From the NCBI GenBank assembly GCA_002269645.1, contig NIVC01003804.1, forward strand, positions 1 to 44,933: a stretch of DNA of 44,933 nt, read 5' to 3'. Positions 1-11,467 of the stretch are shown here, in pieces. This stretch comes from Macrostomum lignano. Its lineage: Eukaryota. The notes under the pieces are model-generated. The model was given only the letters and a program-made list of their open reading frames with translations, had not been told where the DNA came from and made no database searches. Each line of letters begins with the position of its first letter. The first letter of the stretch is position 1. The position numbers and the translations under genes were made by a program.

Positions 1-2090
1 ATATTTATTCAGTGCCAATTGCCAATAGGGAGCCAATCGCCAGCTGCCAATTTAATCTTGTGTTGAAACGGTGTCTTAGCCTTCGTGACCTCGGAAGCTT
101 TATTTGACCCTTAGCGGTCTCAAGAGAAGTCCTAGAGAAAACTCGAGCTAGTTTGAGCTTTAGAGCTTTTCCCGCGTATAATCGCTGGTGGTGGCAGCGA
201 ACTACTATTATCAGTAACAATCTCGACAAATTTGCTTATCTTAAAGTTTCCCGTATCGGCTACGAATTTCTGCATTCGGCATTCTGATCGTCGACAAAAC
301 TAGACCGCTCAGCCACGACCACAGCTACCCTCCCCTGAGCCTGAGGAACTCAGCAGCCGGAGCTCCCCGTCATCTGCAAGCCGAGATCTTCGCTTAAGTT
401 TGTTTGAATCGTCGAAACCGCACCGATTTGAACGGCTGAAACAAACGAATTAAACGGAACCCACCAGGTCCAAACCGCCAAAGCCCCCGACCTCAAAACC
501 CACATGGTTGTATTTTTCTCTGAAAGTTATTAAGAACAAAGTAAAATGAAGTGAAAGCCAAAAAACTTAATGTCTAGTTAATTGTTAGAAAAAACTTTTA
601 TAATTATTTAACGCTTAAAAGCTTCCAGAGTTTGAAGAAGCATATATAGCAATTACTAGCAATCTAGTGCCCCCCTTTCGGGAGAAAAATTTTATGAGAA
701 TCCTTTAAAATGAAAGCACGTTCGCTTGAAAGCATTACTTTTCGGTTTTATACGCAGCGTTGGTGGCAGAGAACTTTTCATTGCCTTAAACTCTGACTTC
801 CGATGAACCCTCAATTAGCAAAGCGATATATACTTGCACTAAATGACAAGGACCTTGAAAACTATTTAGAGACTATATTAAAGGTAAAAAACGACTTTCT
901 TGGTAGTTCAAAGCAGCTTCAGTGCTTGTTTATTACTACCAAGAAGATAGTTCGCCTTTTCTGCATTGGAAAACATTTGAAAAGTTCCTGAAAAGTGTCG
1001 CTTTTGTGAAATGAAATCACACTATTTGCCATAAGCATGCAAAAAGTTTGCAAGAGCTTTCTTGAATTTAGACAAGTCATTTTACCTTCTAGAAAAAAGT
1101 ATATCCGATATTAACTTTTTATTCTCCACCAGCTAGGTGTTCGTCAATTTGCACACGTCAATTTAAAATCCATGGAACTTTTATCCAGAAATGTAGATAA
1201 CATTTGTAACATCCGTTATATTCCTTTTTTCCCTATCTAAATCTACGTTAGGCTTCTTTATTTGAAAGAAATACAGATCTGGTTGTGAAACTCAAATAAG
1301 AAATATACATGTAAGCAGCTACTTTGCGTCGTACTTGCGACAGATTGTTTCTGGCATCGGGTTGGTTGCGAATCCGAGTAGTAGTCTCTGCAGTTGATGT
1401 CTGACTGAATTCTCTTAGTTGGAAGTCCTTGGGTGTTTGAAAGCCACCTTCGGAACTGAACCACTTTCCGTCTTGGGTGCTGACTTCATTATTTGAGCCT
1501 CAGGCAGGCTTGAATATGTGGCTCTGCTTCTGCTACGGCTTTTTGAAGCTCAGAGCTTTGTGGTTGCCGAGATCGCAGATGGGTCATGCGAGCGCGCTCA
1601 TCTTTATTCACGAATTTAATACACTTTTTAAGTTCTTTGGAGTGGCCTGTATTTAGGTGAAAATCCGCTAGGTCCTCCGGGCTTTCACCAAAAAGCGATC
1701 GCCTGTGCCACTGTCGGAATACATTCGTGCAACGGAAGTGAATAAATTATGAGTATGAAAATTATCTACAGAAGCAGTACCTACGTGTATAGATACAAAA
1801 TTTAACTGACACGAAGAAAGCTTACACCAGGTATTAGAGAAGACATGTAGTATTGATTCGCAGCAAGTCAGCTTTATGCTCAAACATGTATAGCGTATAC
1901 CGGTAGAATAAAGAGACTGTTATGAGGACTGTTATGAGGAACTAACTAACCCACCGGAGAAGCAGCCAATCAGAGACCAACAATTCTATCACACCCTGGA
2001 AAAGAGTTAAAAAACAGCATATAGCAACTATTCTCTTCAACAACTTTTCTTCTCCGAATCCGAGTTCAGACAGATTCAATTCACGATAAC

Positions 2091-3042
2091 ATGGCAACCA
2101 TGCTGGTGCTGTTCATTTTTAACCTGCTGGTCCTGTCCCTGCAGCAGGTCGGGGGTTCGAACCCGCTTGCGCCAGTCGGTGGCGGTGGCAGTGGACTCAG
2201 CTGTGCCCTCCCACTGCAGACCCGACAGCAGCGGAGCTCCTGCAGCTGCCCACCCAGCTCCAGTGCATCGAGTGTGCACGCTGCGGCTGCCGAAGTGCAA
2301 GGCGGCTCACTTCAAAGACTCCGTCTGCTCTCTGGCTGCCGACTTCTCACAGCTGTCGCTTTGGTCGACCTCGGAAGGACTCGGTCAGTGCAGCAGCCTC
2401 ACGCTGGCCCCCGTCCTGCTGCAGCTCCTCGCCTTCTTCGACTTCAGGGAGTCGCTCGAGAAGGCGGTGGGCAGCGCAAGCATCAGCTCCGAGGCCTTCG
2501 ACGTGACGAGAGACTCGAGCGGACTGCACTTTGCTGGGAGGATGACGTCATACCTGAAGCTGAGCATCCCGGGAGGTCTCACGGCGCTCATCGATCGCAA
2601 AGGAGAGAGAGCAGTGAGCTTCTTCATGAAGGTGCGACGGCCCTACAAGTCCAAGACGGTGTACATGAAGATCACCTCTGAGCTGGATCAGAATTTGTGC
2701 GATATTTACGAGACCAACGAAGACTTGATCTTCAGGTACACTCAACTGGGCAAGCGTTTTATCTCGACCTCGAAGTTCATGCAGACGGATGCCGATCCCA
2801 GCGGCTTCTTCCTGGGCGTGGCCGCCAGCAACGTCACAGGCGCCTTCGCTTTTCTGAATGGCCGGGTTTACGACTTCGTCAGCTCGACATTCAGCGGACA
2901 AGCCGTGGACTCGGTGATCCGGCTGGGCTACTCGTCTTACCGCGACGATGACTGTCTGTCGGGGACCATCGTCTGCTTCGGCATCGCTCAGGGGAAGCTG
3001 AGCGCTGAGCAGCTGGCAGGACTGGCCCGCGTATGCGACTGA
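2091..3042 (+). CDS. Secreted protein: signal peptide, PAN/apple-like Cys module and LamG/concanavalin-A-like jellyroll domain; split by two apparent 1-nt deletions
   Basis: The frame starting at 2091 gives a hydrophobic signal peptide (MATMLVLFIFNLLVLSLQQVGG). A second frame (2162-2276) gives WRWQWTQLCPP...QLQCIEC. The 2167..3042 frame gives CTLRLPKCKAAHFKDSVCSL, then a LamG3-like pattern (LLAFFDF...GLHFAG..SYL...AVSFFMK...FLNG...IRLG...LSGTIVCF...KLSAEQL..L) ending at TGA 3040-3042. Confidence 0.55.
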
Positions 3043-3487
3043 TTGGAAGACAAACTAATTATAAAAACCTTTGCCACGCAGCAGTCGATTTTCTGACTTT
3101 ATGAAACTTTCTTTGAGACGCGCGTGCGATGCAGCTGGATGAGTGGCATAGTTAACACGCACAGTTCCCGCACTCCCGAGTTGTCGCACAGTCCTGAGGA
3201 ACATTTTAGCCTTTAATCCGATGGACCTCATTGCGAACTCTAATAACTATATTTGCTGTCAAACTTTCCGCATCCATCACAGAAGTGTAAGCACATTGAC
3301 TCGTTACTGCTACCTAAAAGCTTTTGGACTAAAAGCTTTTGGACTGCTACTAAAAGCAAGAATTAACGATCCCGTAACACGATTTCTGTGATTTCTACCT
3401 GTCACCAAGAATTAGTAAATTTAGATCTTACCCCATCACTTCAGCCTCACCACAGGACACTTCATCTCAGACCCTGCTCTGAGTGCT

Positions 3488-3547
3488 CTCCCATCTCACT
3501 CCCAGCACCTCCCATCTCACTCCCAGCTCTCCCATCTCACTCCCAGC
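3488..3547. repeat. Short 20-21 bp tandem repeat, 3 copies
   Basis: CTCCCATCTCACTCCCAGC occurs at 3488, 3509 and 3529. Confidence 0.85.
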
Positions 3548-4233
3548 TTTGAAGTCTCAATCCAAGATCCTGATATCTTGGGAATATTTTTTGCTTTTCT
3601 TAATATTTTTCGACGGAAAGCAATTTGACATTGAAGGAGACAGCAGAGGCAAAGCATTCTTGCCAGCTTGCCTTAGCGGAAGGCTCGCTTAAGCCATGAA
3701 GCTCGCAAAAGCACGTGTGGAGGTCGTTAACGTCCACATTGAAAAAATATTGATTGCCGTGAAAATTGTTGCTCAAGAGGTGCCAGAAATTCTTGCAGCT
3801 TGCCCATTGAGTGGATACGAGTGAATGTATCTACAATAAAGTCAAGTAAAAACTTTATCGTGGCACAAAAGCGTAAACAACATTGCAGGCAGAAAAGCCA
3901 GCTTTATACTGAACTGCTTTATTATCGATCGCCTGACTCACCCTAATCTCCACCCCGCGCTAGCAAAGTACATTCAACGAGAGTGAGAGACAAAAAACTT
4001 AAACCCAGCACCCGCCCCGACGCGCACGCAGGCCAAGTTACCACAGTAACAAATGTTACTTCGCGCCCAAGCTTGGTTCTGTACGATCGCTTAAAAGCCC
4101 AAAGGCCTGCAGAGCAGTCAGTCTATGGACAAATTTCTTTTTTGCTGAATCGGGTGCACACCCTAAAAGCCCAGAAGTAAAGTATACCACAGAGTTCTTC
4201 TGCTAGCTCCTGTTCAAACCTTCCTACCCACAA

Positions 4234-5979
4234 ATGGCTTCTACGCGCCCGAAAAGGACAGCTAAAAGTGACGCCTTGCGCATACTGGGATTGGATTCCG
4301 ATTCGGAAGACGCTTCATCAAGCGATGACTGGCCGTTCCAGAAACGGAGCCAGACAGCATGAATCCAGAATTTGATCAGAGCCAAGATGAGGCGACCGCG
4401 GAATGGGCTGAAGTAGCCCCTGGAAATGACAACTCGTTTGACCACGACGGGGTGCCGGAATTCCGAGGGTTTTTGACCATCAATCCAAGCATCGATCTAC
4501 CAGAAAATTCAGACGAGGGTATGAGAGAATTTTTATCTATCTTACTGACTGAAGAGTTTCTCACCAGTCTTGTCACATGGATCGATGAGCGAATGTGGTT
4601 GGCAGTGAGGGAGTTCCAGCAGGAGAGTGCAGAAACTGGCGAGGAAGAGTTGCCTGTTGGAGTGTCTGCTCTTAAACCATGCTGTGTGGCCGAGATGAAA
4701 AAGTTTCTGGGCATGGTGCTCTTCATGGGCATCAACAGCAAGCCGACCATACGCCACTACTGGTCCACAGACGTCATGTATCGGAATCCATACTTTCGCA
4801 AGCCGAGAGCCTTCCCGTTGGCGATTTCTTCAACTACTGGCCCACTTCCGGTGCTACGACTGCCGAGAGTTCAATATCAACGACCCACTGTGTAAAGTAA
4901 GGCCTTTTCTGGACTTGATTAGCCGAATTTGTCGCGAAACCTACCGACCAGAGCAGGATGTCGCCATCGAGGAGACGCTGATTCTGTATAAGGGAGACTA
5001 TTGCTGAAGCAGTATATTCCAAGCAGGAATTGGCGAAGTATACGGCATCAAACTTTATTGCCGACTGAGTCCACGACGGGAAACCTGTGGAATTTCCTAC
5101 TGCATTCTGTTGAGGCCGAACACGCAACCTTCGGTGCTGGTCTCCAATGCGATGAGCTCTCCATGAGCGAACGAGTCGTTGTTGAGCTTAGCCGCGAACT
5201 GCTGGGTGAAGGATATCACAAATTCACGGACAGTTGGTTTACGTCACACAGATTGGCCATCTAATTGTTCAACAAAACGACTGCTCACCGGAACTGTTCG
5301 AAAGGATCGTGGTATCCCGAGAGAATTGCAAGAAAAATTAGTGGTTGCTCCGGGTCGGGGCTTCATGAGGTGCGATCAGACACTCGCTATCAAGCTAGCT
5401 GACAGAAGGCCTCGGGAACAAAGGTTGTCTACCTTCTGGACACAAGCATGCCTGCCGCTTGCACCTGATGTTCGCAGAATTCTTCGCGGTGGTCAAGTTG
5501 AACAAATTCCGAAGCCAACGGCTGTCATCCAGTACAATCGCAACATGGGCGGTGTTGATCGACTCGGTGCGTCCGTGCATCTCTACCATTCAAATTGTAA
5601 GTCCTACAAATGGTTCCAGAAATTCGCGTTTCACCTGATTCTCACGCTTGGACGAAACTCTTGGACGCTGTACAAGAAATTTGGTGGGACAGCCAATTTT
5701 TTAAATTTCCTAGAGAATAGCATCAAGACGCTGATCCGCGACTCAAGACAGGGACGCGCTCGGCCACCGACTCAGGTTCCAGCCCGGATGCAGGCCAACC
5801 ATCCAATTAATTCGCCAATTGAGTCTCCCAGTAACGGAAGCCCAAGCAAACGATGCCGAATGTGCTCTTTGAAACCTGACCTTCCAGCTAAGAAGACAGT
5901 ATTTTGCTGCAGTCAATGTCCCGGAAATCCTGGTCTCTGTCCAGATCCATGCTTCAGGATCTGGCACGAGACACTTTGA
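4234..5979 (+). pseudogene. Degenerate piggyBac (PGBD-like DDD) transposase
   Basis: Acidic N-terminus from ATG 4234, then EMKKFLGMVLFMG..KPTIRHYWSTD, VAIEETLILYKG(R)LLLKQYIPS, YGIKLYC, YHKFTDSWFTS, LTGTVRKDRG and YNRNMGGVD. C-terminal Cys-rich domain CRMC...CCSQCPGNPGLCPDPCFRIWH. Several frameshifts in both directions and an in-frame TAA at 5262-5264. Terminal inverted repeats were not identified. Confidence 0.9.
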
Positions 5980-6395
5980 GGTCCCTGCATTCCTGCAGTC
6001 CTGCATTGGCGTCTCCTAACTTGAAACCTGCTACACTTTATTTCTTTTCATGTCCTTGTTTTGTTTGGAACCATGCATTTGTGCATCACATCATATTTTC
6101 ACTTTACACGCTTATTTCACCTTTAACATTTGAGTGAAAACATAATGGAAATGCATAATAGACTTCTTTAAATCAGTCATGACCTGCACAGCAGGTCATA
6201 CTGGGCACTTGCTTTAGTGATTGGGAGATGATTTTTGATGCCATAGACATTTATCAATCTCTGGGCTTTTGGGCCGTTTCGGCATGTCCTGCGGTGCAGG
6301 CCTTTGGCTTCCAAATGGTTAATTTCTGATAATTCCCTCGCTCTGGCCCCAGCTTTCTCAACGATGTTAAGTGGCTTTGGCAGCGCCATTAAAAA

Positions 6396-7940
6396 TTAAT
6401 AAGTTCCCGTTTGCAACTTCCCGTGACAGATGCGCTTCAGGAGCAGCCCTAGCTCTTGACTTACTTGACTTAGCTGCAGGGCTGTCCCGGAGGGGACACA
6501 GCGGGAAGGCGCGGGCGCCCATTCCGCTAGTCCCTGAACGGCCGACGCGTCGCTATGGACGGAGGGTTGGCGCCGCCCAGGGAGGTCCCCAGTGTCGCCA
6601 GCAGCTATGGTGCTCTCTGGAAAGGAGAGTTCAGCCCTGCGGGTGGCCCGAAGGTAGCGCATGAGCTGATTAAAGTTTTCGGGTTTGCACGCTTCAGTAA
6701 TAGATGTGTGTGGCCCGAGGTAAGTGAGTCTGGCCCGCGTGAAGGCGGGACAGATGCTGACGAAATGCTCAGCGGTTTCGTCACCTGAGTTGCAGAAACT
6801 ACAGGTGGCGTTGGTGGCGTTGCCCTGCAGGTACTGGTGCCTGGAGAAGCAGCCGTGACCAGAGAGGGTCATGGTGGCAGCCCGGATGTCTCTGCGCGAG
6901 AGGCGCAAGAGGAGCTTCCGGAGCTGGTGAGAGGGCTGAGGGACAGCGCCTCTGGATTGCCTGCAGTTCGTGCGGTTCGCCCAAGTCGAGCGGTGCTGAG
7001 TCCTGATCCACGCTTTGATGCGCGAGTCGATGACACAGCCAGGAATCGGGACAAGAGGTTCGGGGCCGAGAGAGGAGCCGGAGGCACCAACTTTTGCAAG
7101 GGTGTCAGCCAACTCATTTCCTCGGATCCCCAAATGCCCCGGAACCCACTTAAGGGTAATTTTGTTGGCGGAACCCAACACATTGAGGAGTTTGATACAG
7201 TCAAGGACTGTAGCAGAGTTGGTGCTGCAGCCACTGATGGCGTGCAAGGCAGCTTGGCTGTCCGAATGGAAAATGATGTTCTTACCAGTAACGCCAGTGG
7301 CGAGAAGCTCTGCAGTGCAGGAGCTGATGGCCAGAACTTCATTTTGGAAAACACTGGAGTTGACCCCAGTGTATTGAGCGTGGGTAGCGATGACCCTCCC
7401 GTTCAGAAAGATTCCAACACCAAAGCCGGTGTTGGCTGACTGCTTAGAACCGTCGGTGTAGCAATGAAGCTCACCAGGGTTCCAATGGTCATTGATGTTA
7501 TCGCGCGAGTCGATAGCTACGGAGTAGCGCTGTCTCAGGTTGAGCGTTGAGGCAATGCCATCGGTGAAGACGCGATTGGCCTGACACTCGTTGAGAAAGT
7601 TGAGGCACAGATCGCTATGCGGGACAAGGTTCCGCTTAGCAGGTGCTCTCATGTAAATGAATTTGACGCCGGCATCAATTAGACGCCGCGTCGTTCTAGC
7701 CGCCTCACCCCTGATGAAGAGGTCAAGAGGCGGAAGATTAAGAAAGGCCCCCATGCCAGCAAAGGGCGTGGACCTGGTGGCGTTGCAGATGAGCCTACAC
7801 GCTCTGCCTTGGATCGTGTTGAGCAGGTCTGCATGGCTTTTGACCTGGGTAGCGCTAACCCAGACAACAGAGGCGTACGTAATGGCAGGTCTAACTACGG
7901 AAGTATAGATCCACCAAAGCCGCTTTGGGATAGACCCCAA
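6396..7940 (-). CDS. LINE ORF2 fragment: post-RT region, RNase H and zinc finger
   Basis: 514-aa ORF with LWWIYTSVVRPAITY, the RNase H motifs and a CxxC..H..C motif. Confidence 0.9.
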   Translation of the reverse strand: MGSIPKRLWWIYTSVVRPAITYASVVWVSATQVKSHADLLNTIQGRACRLICNATRSTPFAGMGAFLNLPPLDLFIRGEAARTTRRLIDAGVKFIYMRAPAKRNLVPHSDLCLNFLNECQANRVFTDGIASTLNLRQRYSVAIDSRDNINDHWNPGELHCYTDGSKQSANTGFGVGIFLNGRVIATHAQYTGVNSSVFQNEVLAISSCTAELLATGVTGKNIIFHSDSQAALHAISGCSTNSATVLDCIKLLNVLGSANKITLKWVPGHLGIRGNELADTLAKVGASGSSLGPEPLVPIPGCVIDSRIKAWIRTQHRSTWANRTNCRQSRGAVPQPSHQLRKLLLRLSRRDIRAATMTLSGHGCFSRHQYLQGNATNATCSFCNSGDETAEHFVSICPAFTRARLTYLGPHTSITEACKPENFNQLMRYLRATRRAELSFPESTIAAGDTGDLPGRRQPSVHSDASAVQGLAEWAPAPSRCVPSGTALQLSQVSQELGLLLKRICHGKLQTGTY

Positions 7941-8514
7941 GAAGTGCCAAGTGCTCGTCGGAGCTGGGCCAGGATGGCTGAGGCACGCTTAGCTTTTGCT
8001 TTCACGTGGAAGGACCAGTTGAGCCGGTGGTCAAGTGTGACCCCGAGACATCTGGTCTGGTGCGCGAAGGCAATATCTCTGCCGTAGAGCTGCAGAGGAC
8101 GTATGTTCCAGCGTAGTCTGCTGGTAAACATAATGGCAACGGTTTTGGGCTCAGAGAGTTCCAAACCATTGTCATTGGCCCAGGATTCTGCTTTGCGGAT
8201 AAAGCTCTGCATCAGATCCCTGAGCGTGCTGGGAGACGGTCCTGCCACAATGGCCGTGACGTCATCAGCATACCCGACTTTGAAGACGGGGTCAGGTCGG
8301 GAGTCACTCAGAAGAGCGTCCATGACCAGGTTCCAGAGCGTCGGGGTGAGGACTCCGCCTTGGGGTCCACCCTTACAGACTCTGGTGGAGGCAGTTTGCC
8401 CAAGAAGTTGGGCAGTGACCGTACGGTTGGAGATCATGTACATGATCCACCGTATGAGGGTAGCATGAGCTTTGCGATTTTGAAGGGCCCTCTGAAACGC
8501 TTCAAAGATAACGT
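7895..8514 (-). CDS. LINE ORF2 fragment: C-terminal part of reverse transcriptase
   Basis: The frame is open from the insertion site (NVIFEAFQRALQNRKAHATLIRWIMYMISNRT...GGPQG...YADD...CLGVTLD). A one-base shift near 7927-7929 joins it to the next fragment. Confidence 0.9.
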
Positions 8515-9704
8515 TGTAGTGTGAGCATCTTTGCGTGTATTTTGTTGTAAATTGACTGCATTAGTTTCTATATTGTTATTGAATTGTTATTTTGCTTTAG
8601 TTTAGTCATGCGTTTTTTGTGTACTTTTTCTAGTTGGTTGAAATCTAAAATGGTAAACAGGTTAGAGTTAGACGCCGTTTGTGACTCAGCGGAGGGTTGA
8701 GTTTGTCTGCGAACCCCAGCTTTGCGCGGCCAGCCAATCAGAACCGGCCTGGACTTTGGCACGCGGCAAGTTTCAATTTTACCCGGCGCCGCGGGCACAG
8801 TGCAATTCGGCTTAAGCAAGCGGCCGGCCAGACGACCACCACCCGGCTTGAGGGGGTTTTGAGGGGTTGTGACTCTGACTATAAATGAAAGTGTGTTTTG
8901 GCAATCGGATCTCGCCTTTTTCCTGCTTGCTCCCTTTCCCCGGTTTGTCTTGTCCAGTTCCCGGCCGGTGGCCCGTTTTCTCCTCTTGTTGGTTCGCGCT
9001 TTGAGGCGCCTGAATTCATCACCCCGGTCCGTATTTTTGTTCCCGCCCAACCGCAGTAGTCTTGTGGCGTAACGTCTACGGCAAATTTCTGTCTGAAGTC
9101 GTCGCTATCAAGCGCGGTTAGATAGAGACTGTCGGATCTGATCAAGTACGCGGCCTCGACCCCGAGGGCCTCAGTGTTACACTGAAGGGCAGTGCCGATA
9201 GAATTTAGTCGGTACTCCGTTGAACGGTCGGTTCGGCAGGGCTCTCGTTTGAGTGTAGGTTCTGGCTTAGGCCAGGGGTTAGGAGTCTTCTCCGTGGTTG
9301 TGTTCGGTGCCTCCTTCTTCTTCCTCAGCTGAGATCCGCTTGTCAGTGCGTAATATAATCATTATTATTAATCGTTATTATTCGTTATCATCAGTCTAAT
9401 TATCTGCGTCGCGAATTTGCTTGAATCCTGTAACTTGAGTAATCAAATTAAATCGTCTAGCCAATTATCAGTTGTATCACATAGGATTATCACTCTCTAA
9501 ATCTTTCGGTTTGTGTTCCCTCGTGTTCTTTATTTTCTTGTACTGTACCTGCGGCTATTGGAGAAAGACTGGTAGGACTCGCCGACCGGCGATAGGCGAT
9601 TAGGATTAATAGCTTTAAAATCTCCAAACGCTCCAAGTAGGTTTGTCTAGGGCCTAAATAATTGCTCACCGTGCATGCTATTATCTAATTGCCTATTTAT
9701 CACA
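8515..9704 (+). repeat. 5' LTR of Gypsy element 1 (1190 bp)
   Basis: TGTAGTGTGAGC...TTTATCACA, repeated at 17838-19028. TATAAA at 8880-8885. Confidence 0.97.
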
Positions 9705-9706
9705 AG

Positions 9707-9720
9707 TGGAGCCCCTGGGA
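9707..9720 (+). promoter_or_regulatory. Putative primer-binding site
   Basis: TGGAGCCCCTGGGA starts 2 nt after the LTR end. The cognate tRNA was not identified. Confidence 0.6.
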
Positions 9721-10231
9721 ATCCAATAGTTAGCAGGCGGCAGTTTATTGGTAGGTGCTCTAAGTGAGCAAGCTTAGACTAAAATTCAACGAGTCTGTTC
9801 CAGGCTCGTAGCGGCTATTTCGTCAACCACGCAGTGTGCAGCAATTCCGCATTAGGTGTGGTTTTGCGGTTGGCCAGTTACCCCAAAATACTGAATAGGA
9901 TTTAGGAGTGGGAAAAATAAAATTGACTTTCTAAAACTAAAATTAGCACTTTAATAGAAACTTGCGTGTGAAAGTAGATTTTGTTTACAGTTGAAAATTT
10001 TATTAGTGTTTATTAGCATAGTCTGCGAGTGCGCGCACTAGAGAGTACACCGGTTGAATTTGTCTCAGTGTACATTCAGTTTTTCTTATCAGTTATTGCC
10101 AGTGCGAGCGAGGCGACCGATTCCGCTCAGTAGATAAAATAGAAAAGCTAGATTATTGAAATTGTTATAGCCTTACAAGTTGTACTTTCTGAAGTTGCAG
10201 TAATAGAAATTCCGATTGATTAAAACTTAGC

Positions 10232-11467
10232 ATGGCGCAAGACGGAGAAAATAGTCAAGAATCGAAGTCAGTTGAGATTAGGAACGAAGGCGAAATAGAT
10301 GAGGCCGAACATTTGAGAACAGTAGTGAGAGAACTGCAGGATCGCATAAGAAGAATGGAAACCGAAAATCCTGAACCTAGAGTGATTTTGAAGTCGCATA
10401 ACAGCGTAGCAAAGCCAAAGCCATACCGACTTGGCTCAGATTTCGAATTGTTTCTAAGAATCTTCCACAACTACTGTCAAGGCAACAGTATAGACGAATC
10501 GGCTAAAGTGTATCAACTATTGTCGCTCCTAGACGAAGACGCCTATAAGGTTTACATTAACTTAGGCCTAGCGAGCACCGAATCTTTCGAAAGCATCGAA
10601 AAGACTTTAAAGGACAAATTTAAGCCCGTAGGACAGAAGGAAGAAGCGAAGCTAGAGCTGATGAACCGCAAGCAGAAGGAAGACGAATCATTAGAAGAAT
10701 TTTACGACGCACTAGTTGAATTAGTTAGGAAAGCAGGACTAGAGAATCAGGCTCGAGAGCGAGTTTCTGAACGATTTGAAGCCGGCATAGCAAATTATAA
10801 AGTCAGGCGCGCAGTTATTGCCTATCGTAGAACCCATGAATCGAAGTATCAGACTCAAGATTTATTGACTGCAGCTAAGAATGAGGAGATCCTCGAAGAA
10901 CTCGCAAACCCAGGTAGCCAAAAGAATAGAAGGAAGCAAGAGGGCTCAAATACGTTAACGGCTCAAGTAGGGAAGGAAGAGACGCCTGTAGCAGCACCCA
11001 GCACGGGGCAAGGCCACCAGTCATTTGGACCTCAGTTTGCTTCCCCGAGCAACTATCCTTCGCAGTACCAACCGTACCAGAATTATCAGCCTCAGTTCGA
11101 CTACAGGCAATGGCAACCTAGGTTTGCCCATAGACAAATGAACCCAAGCTATAGGCCACAGGCACCAGTGCAGCCTCAGAATAGCTTTCGGCCACAGCAT
11201 CACATGAGCAGTTACTCGAGACCCTATAATAGGCAGTCTTCGCCATTTGTCAGGCCCGCCATGACACGCCCGTCACGCTTTGGTCACGAGGCCGGAGGGG
11301 CCAATGACAGGTTCAAACCTTCGGGGGCGAACGCGCCAAATGCGAGAAAGGCCTGTTATGAGTGCGGCGAAGAAACTCACCTGGCTAGAGACTGCCCAGT
11401 TAGACGAAATTCTTTAAACTACCGACGGGGCGGCACCAAGGGAGGGCCAACCGCCCCCAGCCACTAA
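10232..11467 (+). CDS. gag: Gag (capsid-like region, Q/P/Y/N-rich region, one CCHC zinc knuckle)
   Basis: 411-aa ORF; CYECGEETHLARDC at 11354-11395. Confidence 0.9.
   Translation: MAQDGENSQESKSVEIRNEGEIDEAEHLRTVVRELQDRIRRMETENPEPRVILKSHNSVAKPKPYRLGSDFELFLRIFHNYCQGNSIDESAKVYQLLSLLDEDAYKVYINLGLASTESFESIEKTLKDKFKPVGQKEEAKLELMNRKQKEDESLEEFYDALVELVRKAGLENQARERVSERFEAGIANYKVRRAVIAYRRTHESKYQTQDLLTAAKNEEILEELANPGSQKNRRKQEGSNTLTAQVGKEETPVAAPSTGQGHQSFGPQFASPSNYPSQYQPYQNYQPQFDYRQWQPRFAHRQMNPSYRPQAPVQPQNSFRPQHHMSSYSRPYNRQSSPFVRPAMTRPSRFGHEAGGANDRFKPSGANAPNARKACYECGEETHLARDCPVRRNSLNYRRGGTKGGPTAPSH

Larger units (their letters stand above)
6396..8514 (-). mobile_element. 3' half of a non-LTR retrotransposon (Loa/I-group-like LINE)
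   Basis: RT motifs GGPQGGVLTPTLWN and GYADD. RNase H motifs YTDGS, FQNEVLAI, SDSQAAL, WVPGHLGIRGNELADTLAK. C-terminal CSFC...ETAEHFVSIC zinc finger. Joins the 19029+ segment in frame once the Gypsy element is removed. The exact 3' end is uncertain (about 6390). Confidence 0.92.

Noticed and set aside
1-2050. Short ORFs in the first 2 kb
   Set aside because: Short and stop-ridden with no recognisable domain; possibly decayed repeat sequence.
3100-6200. piggyBac terminal inverted repeats and TTAA duplication
   Set aside because: Several TTAA sites are present, but no matching inverted pair was found.
6177-6389. 70-aa ORF next to the LINE 3' end
   Set aside because: No convincing motif in any frame.
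8568-9145. ORFs within the LTRs (also at 17891-18469)
   Set aside because: No recognisable domain, and the frame differs between the two LTR copies because of the G-run indel.
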